Positions 1-7,478 of a stretch of DNA of 20,000 bases are shown here, piece after piece; positions within the stretch are counted from its first letter, which is position 1, and the number at the start of each line of letters is the position of its first letter. A program made the translations under genes and the position numbers. This DNA comes from an uncultured virus (IMG/VR IMGVR_UViG_3300020577_012118). Lineage: Duplodnaviria > Heunggongvirae > Uroviricota > Caudoviricetes. The stretch is taken from IMG/VR virus record IMGVR_UViG_3300020577_012118; one strand, given 5' to 3'. The notes below the pieces were generated by a model. It worked only from the letters and a program-made list of their open reading frames with translations, was not told where the DNA came from and did no database searches.

Positions 1-450
1 GTCTTCAACGGGATCACCGACGCCTCCGGCCAGGTCGGGCTCGTGCTCCCGGAGGGGGTGGCCCACACCGTCCTGGCGTACAAGACGGGCACGCCGAGCT
101 ACGACGGCGCTCGCGTCTCGATCCAGACGCGCAACGGCGTCCTCCTCCCTAACGGCCTGGGGCTGAGCAAGGTGACCGCACGTCAGTTCAAGCTCCAGGT
201 CTACACCGGCGTCAACACCCCGCTGACGTCCGGCCTCGTCGTCGTCAAGGGTCCGACCGGGAACGTAATGGCCACGACCGGCCTGGACGCCGCGGGCCGC
301 GCCCAGATCGACCTCCCGGCCGACCTGACGGGCTGCACGGCCACGGTCACCACCGCCGGCCTGGACGGTGCCCTGATTCCGCTGGACAAGATCGACCTCC
401 TGGGCACGGTCGTCATCGTCCTCGCCCCGGTGATCGGCCCCGACGAGTGA
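1..450 (+). CDS. 5'-truncated beta-rich protein with carboxypeptidase-regulatory/prealbumin-like repeats
   Basis: Frame is open from base 1. Two similar motifs, GITDASGQVGL and TTGLDAAGRAQIDL. Ends at TGA 448-450, followed by a hairpin. Confidence 0.6.
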   Translation, partial: VFNGITDASGQVGLVLPEGVAHTVLAYKTGTPSYDGARVSIQTRNGVLLPNGLGLSKVTARQFKLQVYTGVNTPLTSGLVVVKGPTGNVMATTGLDAAGRAQIDLPADLTGCTATVTTAGLDGALIPLDKIDLLGTVVIVLAPVIGPDE

Positions 451-472
451 TCCGGCGGGGCGCATAAAATCA

Positions 473-507
473 CCGGCGGCGGAGAGGTTTATCCTCTCCG
501 CCGCCGG
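473..507. terminator. GC-rich hairpin between convergent genes
   Basis: Perfect 15-bp arms CCGGCGGCGGAGAGG / CCTCTCCGCCGCCGG with loop TTTAT. Confidence 0.65.
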
Positions 508-615
508 GGAATCGTCGCGGGATGTCACGTACAGTTGACCAAGCGTTTCCCTAACTCGTAGTCACGGCTTGAACACGGGCCGGAACCCCCGTGACGCGGT
601 GCCGGCGGGGTGATC

Positions 616-1167
616 TTACCGCCCCCGCCCGCGGATGGCCATCGAATCGACGAAAGATTCCAGCTCGTCGTCGATGATCGCGAACTCCTCCTGCTCGACC
701 GCCTCCTCTTCGCCCTCGCCGCCGATGCCGCCGCCGTCCATCGCCACCGCCTGGTCGAGGGTGATGAGCAGATCGACGACCGCCGGCTGCTCCGGGGTCG
801 GGATGTAGGTCATCCACGAAAGCACGATCGCCGGCCCGACCTTCCCCCTCATCTTGCCGTCCGGGCTCGTCGCCGCATACGTCATGGTGCGGTCGTAGTC
901 GCGCCACTCCGAGGTCCAGCCGCCCATGTCCGTCTTGTTGGCCATCGTGCCGATCACGGGGACAGCGCCGGTGCCGTCGGTCGTGTTGACCTCGACGCCC
1001 GCCACCGGGTTGCCGTCCTTGTCAACGACCTTCACGTTGATGACGACCTTGGGGAAGCCCAACCAGGGGTCATCCATCCGTCGGGCCTTGGCGTTTCCGG
1101 CAACCATCGTCGCCGCGGCGACGAGCGCCACGGCCAGGAACCCCAGGCCCAGAATCCGATTCTTCAT
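616..1167 (-). CDS. Secreted protein with signal peptide and carboxypeptidase-regulatory-like domain
   Basis: GAAGGAG RBS before ATG 1167. MKNRILGLGFLAVALVAAATMVAGNAKA looks like a signal peptide. VKVVDKDGNPVAGVEV motif and acidic tail. Confidence 0.7.
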   Translation of the reverse strand: MKNRILGLGFLAVALVAAATMVAGNAKARRMDDPWLGFPKVVINVKVVDKDGNPVAGVEVNTTDGTGAVPVIGTMANKTDMGGWTSEWRDYDRTMTYAATSPDGKMRGKVGPAIVLSWMTYIPTPEQPAVVDLLITLDQAVAMDGGGIGGEGEEEAVEQEEFAIIDDELESFVDSMAIRGRGR

Positions 1168-1224
1168 CGCGAACTCCTTCAGGAGGCGGCCGACGACCTC
1201 CGTGGTCGGCGTGCCGCCATTCGG

Positions 1225-1252
1225 AAGATATGGACAGGCGATCGATAGGCAA
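1225..1252 (-). promoter_or_regulatory. Possible sigma70 promoter for the secreted protein gene
   Basis: TTGCCT-N16-TATCTT on the minus strand, just downstream of the 1261-1294 terminator. Confidence 0.3.
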
Positions 1253-1294
1253 ACGAAAAAACCACGGCCAAGCGTCCGCACGCTTGGCCGTGGT
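1251..1294 (-). terminator. Rho-independent terminator
   Basis: 15-bp arms ACCACGGCCAAGCGT / ACGCTTGGCCGTGGT (1261-1294), followed on the minus strand by TTTTTCGTTT. Confidence 0.8.
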
Positions 1295-1356
1295 CCCGAG
1301 AACCCCCGACTCTCCAACTCCCCTCCCCCAAAGCGCTGGAGAGCAGGACAGCGACG

Positions 1357-1701
1357 TCATCTTACTTCGACGACGACGCCCGTCAACTCCCACCCCTCCG
1401 TTTTGGCGACGAACGCCACCAACTCCCAGAGCCGGCCGGAGCGGTGCGCGACCGCGAAATCGACGCCCTTCTGTAGCTCCGCGATCCGCCGCGGCAGGAG
1501 CCGCGGCATCGGCTCGATCGGGTGCGTCACCTGGTAGTGCCGCATCGAATCGACCTCCCACGTCGTTTTCGCCTCCTCGTCCCTGATCACCAGGTGCGAG
1601 CGGACGTCCGCCTGCGCCATGTTGCGTCGCCCGTTCCACGTCGCCACGACGCGGATCTCTTTGGCGACCCCGTCGGCCTCGCCGAACTTCACCGTCACCA
1701 T
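1357..1701 (-). CDS. Hypothetical protein (114 aa)
   Basis: GGGGAGTGCG RBS before ATG 1701 (MVTVKFGE...). In tandem with neighbouring genes. Confidence 0.7.
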   Translation of the reverse strand: MVTVKFGEADGVAKEIRVVATWNGRRNMAQADVRSHLVIRDEEAKTTWEVDSMRHYQVTHPIEPMPRLLPRRIAELQKGVDFAVAHRSGRLWELVAFVAKTEGWELTGVVVEVR

Positions 1702-1715
1702 CGCACTCCCCCTGG

Positions 1716-1994
1716 TTAAACGAGCTTCGCCCGGACGTCGGCGATCGCCTTGAAGTCCGGGAGGATGATCTCGACGAGCGTGCGCCCCTCGAGGCCGTGC
1801 GTCTTCTCCCACTTGTTGAGCATGAACAGGCGGGAGTCGTGTTTGTAGCCGACCATGATGTTCTTCGCGTCGAACAGGATCCAGGCGTGGTAGACGCTCC
1901 CCCTGGTCTTGTCGCGGCAGTTGTAGATCCGCGTCAGGTACACGGCCTCCTTGTCCAGCATGTCGGCCGGGTGATGCTTGACCGTCTCGCCCAT
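1716..1994 (-). CDS. Hypothetical protein (92 aa)
   Basis: Start MGETVKHH with AAGGTG RBS, immediately after the upstream stop codon. Confidence 0.7.
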   Translation of the reverse strand: MGETVKHHPADMLDKEAVYLTRIYNCRDKTRGSVYHAWILFDAKNIMVGYKHDSRLFMLNKWEKTHGLEGRTLVEIILPDFKAIADVRAKLV

Positions 1995-1995
1995 G

Positions 1996-2226
1996 TCACA
2001 CCTTTCCCAGGTAAACGAATCGCCCCTTGTGGTGGTCACAGAAGGCGGCCGCGGCCGCCTTCGTCGCAAAATATACGTCCTGGCCGGCAACGTACTCTAT
2101 CGTGCGGACGCCCTGGTCGGCGACGATCTCTTGATCGCCGATCATTAGTGCCCCGAGGCGGTAGCTGTGCCGGTAGTCAGCCAGGCATCGGGCCGTGTGC
2201 TGTTTCGGCGGGTCCTTCTTCTTCAT
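1996..2226 (-). CDS. Hypothetical protein (76 aa)
   Basis: GGAGGG RBS. ATGA overlap with the upstream stop at 2223-2226. Confidence 0.65.
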   Translation of the reverse strand: MKKKDPPKQHTARCLADYRHSYRLGALMIGDQEIVADQGVRTIEYVAGQDVYFATKAAAAAFCDHHKGRFVYLGKV

Positions 2227-2492
2227 TGCCATCCCTCCAGTTTGATCAGGTGGTAATTGCCGTGGTCACTCTCGAACCACACGGCGGTCCAAAACTTGTT
2301 GCGTTCCATGTACTCCTTGACGGCCGTCTCCATGTCCTCGCCTTCCGGCACGGACAGCACGGGACGCCTCGACGTCCCGCCGTACTCCCAGAAATCGACG
2401 TGATCCCTGGTGACCAGGTCCTCCAATTCCGGACCCGAATCCGGCTGCTCCGCGCCGTCCCGGCCGCACACTTCGTCATCCGCGTCGTCCAC
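2223..2492 (-). CDS. Acidic hypothetical protein (89 aa)
   Basis: GTG start, globular-looking composition (YMERNKFWTAVWFESDHGNYHL), coupled to the downstream gene. Confidence 0.65.
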   Translation of the reverse strand: MDDADDEVCGRDGAEQPDSGPELEDLVTRDHVDFWEYGGTSRRPVLSVPEGEDMETAVKEYMERNKFWTAVWFESDHGNYHLIKLEGWQ

Positions 2493-2592
2493 GGTCCGCC
2501 GCCTTTCTCGTGAGAGGAACGCCGGGGCGTCGGCGAGTTACGATGGGCATGGCCATGACGTGATGGCCATGAACCCCCAACAGGAGTTGACG

Positions 2593-3171
2593 ATGCCGAC
2601 GCCGCCAGCCGACCTTTCCGGAACGATCCCCGAGGACACCCCGGAGCCCGCCAACATGACGCTCAAGTATCTGGGAGACTACTCGTACAAAATCGAGGGC
2701 GTCAACCAGACCGGGGTAACCGTCACCCTGACGCCCGGCGGCGCTCCGGCCCGCTCGCTGACGATGAGCCCGACGTCCGGGTACGTCAGCTTCGACGACA
2801 ACAATGTCACGGAAACCGGAACATGGGCGACCCTCTTCCCCTTCAACTTCGTGAACGGCAAGCTGATGGGCCGTGGTCGGCTGAAGGATAACATCGGCTA
2901 CGGCGTCTTCGGGCAGCTGACCCCGATCCCCATGTGCTACCCGAACCAAGCCAAGGTCTACTTCGCCGAAGGGAAGATCAGGTTCTACAAGGACGGCGTC
3001 GGCGGCGACAAAATCGACGTGACCGTGAACGCCCGCTTCGATTACGAACGGGACCCGACGGACCCGGCCGCCGCCCGGTGGCTCGTCCGGTGCGGCGTCA
3101 CCAGCGTCGATGCCCCGGGCGTCCCGCTCAGTTCGGGCGGGGGTGACGAGCCTCCGGTCGAGGGCGAGTGA
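2593..3171 (+). CDS. Beta-rich hypothetical protein in opposite orientation to its neighbours (192 aa)
   Basis: CAGGAG RBS before ATG 2593. Rich in G/T/Y/F, with typical high-GC codon usage. Confidence 0.75.
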   Translation: MPTPPADLSGTIPEDTPEPANMTLKYLGDYSYKIEGVNQTGVTVTLTPGGAPARSLTMSPTSGYVSFDDNNVTETGTWATLFPFNFVNGKLMGRGRLKDNIGYGVFGQLTPIPMCYPNQAKVYFAEGKIRFYKDGVGGDKIDVTVNARFDYERDPTDPAAARWLVRCGVTSVDAPGVPLSSGGGDEPPVEGE

Positions 3172-3955
3172 CGGGCGGCGGGTCCGCGTCCTTCTTGACG
3201 GCCTCCAGGACCCGCTTCCGCCACGCCAGGGCGTACTCCAGGCAGTTGGCGCAGTTCTTGTGCGTGTGCCCCTCCATGGGCGGCACACGCCTCGCCTCTG
3301 CGGACCAGGCCAGCGAGTCGCTCGACGCGACCCGCCGGCCCCAGTTCGCCACGGACCACGTATCATCGACCAGCCCTCCCCGCTTCATGCCGAAGAAGTG
3401 GGTCATGATGCCGTGAAGCCAGAGCCACGTCTGGAGGTTCTTGCACCAGGTCGTTCCCTGCCGGCGACAGACGCTTCCGACGCCGACGATCCTGGCCCTG
3501 GTCAGGTCGATGCCCGCCGCCTTGTACTCGTGGATATGGTCCACGTACTGCGGGATGCACTGGCCCTGGAGAACGGGCATCCATGACACCTCCGGGGCCA
3601 GCCTCGTCAGGTCGAGGTAGCTCTGGACGGTCCGGGCCTGATGCTCCCGCACCGTCAGGCCCGTCTTCGCCAGCATCGCCGGCTCGCACATCCAGTCCTG
3701 GATCGCCGCGAAATCCATCATCCCGATGTCCTTGCTCCACGAGCGGACCTCGTCGGCGTAGCGTTCCGGTTCGGTCATCCACTTGCCATACTTGCCGATC
3801 TCCGTGAACCCCCCGGAGTCGAGCGCCCAGCGGGCGATCGCCCGGGGCATGTTCCGCCGGCGGAACAGCCGCCGGCGGGAGACGAACAGCGGCACGCCGG
3901 CGACGGCGAGCCAGTTGGGCATGTGCGTGCCCAGGTAGAACGTAAAGTCTCCCAC
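3128..3955 (-). CDS. dpdA: DpdA/TGT-like 7-deazaguanine DNA transglycosylase family protein
   Basis: TGT-fold motifs in order: LDSGGF, QDWMCEP, PVLQG, GVGSVCRR, HFFG, SSDSLAWS, then C-terminal HKNCANC. GAGGTG RBS. Confidence 0.8.
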   Translation of the reverse strand: MGDFTFYLGTHMPNWLAVAGVPLFVSRRRLFRRRNMPRAIARWALDSGGFTEIGKYGKWMTEPERYADEVRSWSKDIGMMDFAAIQDWMCEPAMLAKTGLTVREHQARTVQSYLDLTRLAPEVSWMPVLQGQCIPQYVDHIHEYKAAGIDLTRARIVGVGSVCRRQGTTWCKNLQTWLWLHGIMTHFFGMKRGGLVDDTWSVANWGRRVASSDSLAWSAEARRVPPMEGHTHKNCANCLEYALAWRKRVLEAVKKDADPPPVTRPRPEARHPRPN

Positions 3956-3965
3956 CGGCGCACCT

Positions 3966-4190
3966 CTAGGAAAGGGGGTCCATGCCCTGATCGCGGACCA
4001 TCTTGATGAACAGGTCCTTGACCGGCTCGCTGCAATGAGCGGTGGCGTCGATCCAGGTCGGCTCGCGCCGGAACTTCATGAAGAAGAGGAACCGGTAGTA
4101 GAGGCTCACCTTGTCGTGAGGCATGCCGGGCGGGTGGGCGAAGTCGCACTCTTCGCACCGCCCGCCGTCGTCGAGCGTTAGACGGCTCAT
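3966..4190 (-). CDS. Small Cys/His-containing hypothetical protein (74 aa)
   Basis: MSRLTLDDGGRCEECDFAHPPGMPH...AHC. TGATG coupling with the upstream gene. Confidence 0.75.
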   Translation of the reverse strand: MSRLTLDDGGRCEECDFAHPPGMPHDKVSLYYRFLFFMKFRREPTWIDATAHCSEPVKDLFIKMVRDQGMDPLS

Positions 4191-4885
4191 CAGCACCCCC
4201 CGCAGTTCGAGCATCGTGCGTCCGCGTCGTGCCAGGAGTCGCACTCCTGGCACCTGATACGGGCCGTCTCCGGCCGCTTCTGCCTGGCGGCGAAGTCGGC
4301 CAGGTTGCCGACCGTCTGGTGGACGGTCCGCGTGCCGCCGTAGCGGCTGTAGCCGCGGGTGATTCGCATCTCGTGCGGCTGGTAGACGCGGACGAGCGTG
4401 CAGGCGGCGGTATCGACCCAGAACGGGGCCATGCACCTGGTGTTGGTGAGGCGGCACCGTTTGCCGTCGCGCGATTCGGCGACGACGATGTACGGCTGAT
4501 TCTTGTAGTTCACCTTCTTGAGCGCCCGCATGTTGCGGATCTCGTCCACCGTCTCGCTGCCGCGGACCAGTGACTCGGCGCGGGTGTTGCCGGCGTCGCC
4601 CAGGGCGTCGGCGACGATGCCCGCCGGCGTGTCGTTCGGTAGCCCCACGGAGGCGGCCGCCCGGACGCTCGCCGGCGTCGCCTCGACCAGGCCCAGCACG
4701 CCCTGGTTCAGCGTCGCGATCGCCTTCCGGGCCTTCTCCAGCTTGGCCTCGCCGAACCACCACAATTTCTTGTCGCGGTCGAAGTTGTCGCCCGTCAGGC
4801 CGATCAGATGTTTGGCCTCGTCCTTCTTGGAGAAGGGCAGGCCGTACAAATAGTAGCGGCGGCCTTCTTTCTTGATCTCGATCAT
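4190..4885 (-). CDS. Protein with DUF5710-like N-terminus and C-terminal zinc ribbon
   Basis: LPFSKKDEAK...FDRDKKLWW resembles DUF5710. CQEC...CSNCGGC at the C-terminus. GGGAGTGCG RBS. Confidence 0.65.
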   Translation of the reverse strand: MIEIKKEGRRYYLYGLPFSKKDEAKHLIGLTGDNFDRDKKLWWFGEAKLEKARKAIATLNQGVLGLVEATPASVRAAASVGLPNDTPAGIVADALGDAGNTRAESLVRGSETVDEIRNMRALKKVNYKNQPYIVVAESRDGKRCRLTNTRCMAPFWVDTAACTLVRVYQPHEMRITRGYSRYGGTRTVHQTVGNLADFAARQKRPETARIRCQECDSWHDADARCSNCGGC

Positions 4886-4900
4886 CGCACTCCCTTTCGG

Positions 4901-5059
4901 TTATCCGTTCATCGAACAGTCGCGATCCATGAAGTCGTCATAGTCGTCGCCCATCTTGTCGTAGATGTCGCGCCAGTCGTCCGCCGTGCCCTCGACCGGG
5001 TTGGCCTGGTCGAGGTCGCAGACGCACGGGTGGCAGAGGCAGTTCTCGCAAGGCTCCAT
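4901..5059 (-). CDS. Small Cys-rich acidic protein (52 aa)
   Basis: AAGGAGA RBS. MEPCENCLCHPCVCD... Fills the gap between neighbouring genes. Confidence 0.6.
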   Translation of the reverse strand: MEPCENCLCHPCVCDLDQANPVEGTADDWRDIYDKMGDDYDDFMDRDCSMNG

Positions 5060-5073
5060 GTCGTCTCCTTGGG

Positions 5074-5673
5074 TCAGTGGACGTTGCGGGGCTTGGTGTT
5101 GGGCACGATCGGCCCGGGCATGACGGGCGGCACGAAGCCCTTGTTCAGGGCGACGTTCGCCGTCGAGAAGAACAGGTGACAGGTCAGCCGGTTCTCCCGC
5201 GGGATGCCCTGGCGGTCGCAATCCTTGGCGTAGACGTCGATCTCCAGCCGGATCTTCGCGGCCGGGACGCCTCCGGAGAGCCACGCCAGGCACGTTTCCG
5301 CGGCACAGGCGCAGATCCCTCCTTCCGGCTTGACCGTTTTCATGAAGTGGACGATCAGTTCGGCGGCGACGTCTTCATCGTTGCCTTCGTCCGGCTTGAG
5401 CGCCTGGACCAGGACGTGCGTCCCCGTCTTGCCGTCCATGATCTCCGCCAGGTCGCGGAGGAACTTGGGGATCTCGTCGTTGCTCAGGGACGAGTAGGAC
5501 ACGGCAACGACCGGTGCCCCCTGGCCCATGCCCGACTTCGGGTCGGCGACCAGGCCGACGGCCATCACCGGGAGGGCGCTGCTCGCTTCGAGCGCCTTCC
5601 TCAGATTGAGGAACCGCTCCTCGAACGCTTCGGCGCGGACCTCTTCGTCTTCGATCACGAGATACTTGACCAT
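5074..5673 (-). CDS. Hypothetical protein (199 aa)
   Basis: Long ORF starting 3 bp after the upstream stop, with typical codon usage. Confidence 0.75.
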   Translation of the reverse strand: MVKYLVIEDEEVRAEAFEERFLNLRKALEASSALPVMAVGLVADPKSGMGQGAPVVAVSYSSLSNDEIPKFLRDLAEIMDGKTGTHVLVQALKPDEGNDEDVAAELIVHFMKTVKPEGGICACAAETCLAWLSGGVPAAKIRLEIDVYAKDCDRQGIPRENRLTCHLFFSTANVALNKGFVPPVMPGPIVPNTKPRNVH

Positions 5674-5676
5674 CGC

Positions 5677-6516
5677 TCACATCTCCCAATCCGAAACGCG
5701 GCCGGTCTCGTCGCCGGCCTCGACCGCCCGGAGAACGCTCTCCAGGTCGAACTTGTGGCGGAACAGGTGTCCCGTCCGCCTCTGCACACCAACGTACTCA
5801 CGCAGGAGGGCAGGATCCTCCCGCCCGGCAATCACCAGGGCCTCGAACGGGGCGAACACGCAGAACTTGCAGGACAGCCGCGGCATGCCCATGTCGTAGA
5901 CCCGGTGGTACGGGACGCCGCTCTGGTGGATGTCGCCCCACACCTGGCGGGCCGTCCATCCGTGGATCGGCAGCCAGACGTACACGCCGCGGTTCTTCGA
6001 GGAAGCCTTGTCGTCCCGGTAGAACGGCAGCATCTTGCTCCGCTTCGGCGATTCATCGGCACGCATCCCCATGACGTTGAGGAACGTGCAGTAGCAGCCG
6101 GCCTCCCGCTGCAACATGGTGATCACGCGGCGGATCGGGCCGCGCTTGAAGTCGCTCGTGCAGTAGCGGTTCACGCTGTCCGGCCACATGCCCCGCTTCT
6201 CGATCGACTCCAGGAGGGACGGCTCCGCCCCCTCCTTGTTCCGGGCCTTGGTCACGACGAACCTCAGCCCGTAGCGTTTCGCGTGGTCGGCCGCAAGCTC
6301 CTTCGCGCCCGGCCACTCCATCATCCCCAGGTCGGCGTGGACGGCGACCAGGCGGCGTCGGTCAACGCCGACCTGGTCGGCGACCTCGACGGCCCGCCGC
6401 ATCGCCGTCTGACTGTCCTTGCCTCCCGACGTGTTGAGCAGCCAGTAGTGCGACCCCCGCAGCATATGCTCCGGCGGCAGGACGTCCGGCTTGCCGGACA
6501 TTGGAAGCTCGATCAT
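5677..6516 (-). CDS. Phosphoadenosine phosphosulfate (PAPS) reductase-family PP-loop protein
   Basis: PP-loop SGGKDS, plus RYCTSDFKRGPI, GMRADESPKR, LPIHGWT and YDMGMPRLSCKFC. Confidence 0.9.
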   Translation of the reverse strand: MIELPMSGKPDVLPPEHMLRGSHYWLLNTSGGKDSQTAMRRAVEVADQVGVDRRRLVAVHADLGMMEWPGAKELAADHAKRYGLRFVVTKARNKEGAEPSLLESIEKRGMWPDSVNRYCTSDFKRGPIRRVITMLQREAGCYCTFLNVMGMRADESPKRSKMLPFYRDDKASSKNRGVYVWLPIHGWTARQVWGDIHQSGVPYHRVYDMGMPRLSCKFCVFAPFEALVIAGREDPALLREYVGVQRRTGHLFRHKFDLESVLRAVEAGDETGRVSDWEM

Positions 6517-6525
6517 GAGATGGCC

Positions 6526-6723
6526 TCACTCTGGCATGGTCAGCGCTTCTTCGAGCTTCCTGAAAATGTACGTCGCCTCGTCCGCCTGGTACTCGTCCAG
6601 AACTTCGATCGCCAGCCTCATGATGAGGCTGGGCCGCCCCACGAGCATCTGCCGGGACAGCTTCGCGAACTGCCCGTCCGCCACCATCTTCATCCACAAG
6701 CCCATCCGGTCTCGCGGCGTCAC
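6526..6723 (-). CDS. Hypothetical protein (65 aa)
   Basis: GGAGGTGA RBS, GTG start, fills an operon gap. Confidence 0.65.
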   Translation of the reverse strand: MTPRDRMGLWMKMVADGQFAKLSRQMLVGRPSLIMRLAIEVLDEYQADEATYIFRKLEEALTMPE

Positions 6724-6726
6724 CGC

Positions 6727-6927
6727 TCACCTCCCGAAAAATCTCGCGGCCTTGCGGCCGCATCGTCCGCACGGGTCTGCCCCACACTGGTGGAGGCGGC
6801 CGCCGCACCATTCGCAGTAGGTGCGGCTCTTGACCAGCAGCGGCCCGCACCTCTTGCAGTGGCGCGGGTCCGCAACCTTCATCTCCGTCTTCGACCTTCC
6901 GCAGCCGCGACAGTAGGACCCTGGCAT
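6727..6927 (-). CDS. Small protein with four CxxC pairs (66 aa)
   Basis: GAGGAGG RBS. CRGC, CKRC, CEWC, CGRC. TGATG coupling. Confidence 0.7.
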   Translation of the reverse strand: MPGSYCRGCGRSKTEMKVADPRHCKRCGPLLVKSRTYCEWCGGRLHQCGADPCGRCGRKAARFFGR

Positions 6928-7478
6928 CACTGCCTCCTCGTTAGCCCGGCGATAATCGGCAGACCGTACTTCGTCGGCCACGCCTTCTTTGCAAAGATGC
7001 CCTGGATCAGTTGCCCGCGGGCAACCCGCTTGTCGTCCTGCTCCGTCAGCCAGTCGGCGTAGGCCATCCACGTTGCCACGTCCTCCGGGTCGGCGTGGAT
7101 CCCCTCGATAAACACCGACTCGATCCGGTTCATCGGGAGCGGGACCTCGTGCAGGCCCAGCGACCAGAGGACCTTGCGGGCCAGGTTGCCGATCGGTTCC
7201 GACCGGAACTCGTATTCGGCGTTGCGGCAATAGCGCAGGAACTTGTAGGCCGGGCCGATCATGTCGGGCAGCTTTAAGCCGAACGTACAGAACCAGACGT
7301 GCCCCTGGCGTCCCGACCACCGCTGCACCCACTTGGCCCCGAACAGGGGGGCGAACTCGTGATTCGCCCCCGCCCATGCCGAGGCCGGCACGGGCTGACT
7401 TCCTTCGATTTGCGGCAGGCCGGGGAACAGGATCCTTGCGCACCCCGGGTTGATGTCCGCCCTGAACGTCAGCGTCAT
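6927..7478 (-). CDS. Protein with C-terminal TIGR02996-like domain (183 aa)
   Basis: FIEGIHADPEDVATWMAYADWLTEQDDKRVARGQLI matches the TIGR02996 pattern (FL.AI...P.DD..RLVYADWL.E.GD..RAEFI). ATGA overlap with the helicase stop. Confidence 0.75.
   Translation of the reverse strand: MTLTFRADINPGCARILFPGLPQIEGSQPVPASAWAGANHEFAPLFGAKWVQRWSGRQGHVWFCTFGLKLPDMIGPAYKFLRYCRNAEYEFRSEPIGNLARKVLWSLGLHEVPLPMNRIESVFIEGIHADPEDVATWMAYADWLTEQDDKRVARGQLIQGIFAKKAWPTKYGLPIIAGLTRRQ
7010..7025. repeat. 16-bp palindrome copy 1 (GTTGCCCGCGGGCAAC), intragenic
   Basis: Perfect palindrome matching the KTTGCCCRYGGGCAAM consensus. Confidence 0.65.

Noticed and set aside
5677..6516. Housekeeping cysH or a complete Dnd phosphorothioation system
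   Set aside because: No cys operon or dndBDE/ssp neighbours, and it lacks the C-terminal ECGLH motif of CysH.
5077..7062. 661-aa plus-strand ORF
   Set aside because: Antisense shadow of well-supported minus-strand genes in high-GC DNA; no recognisable motifs.
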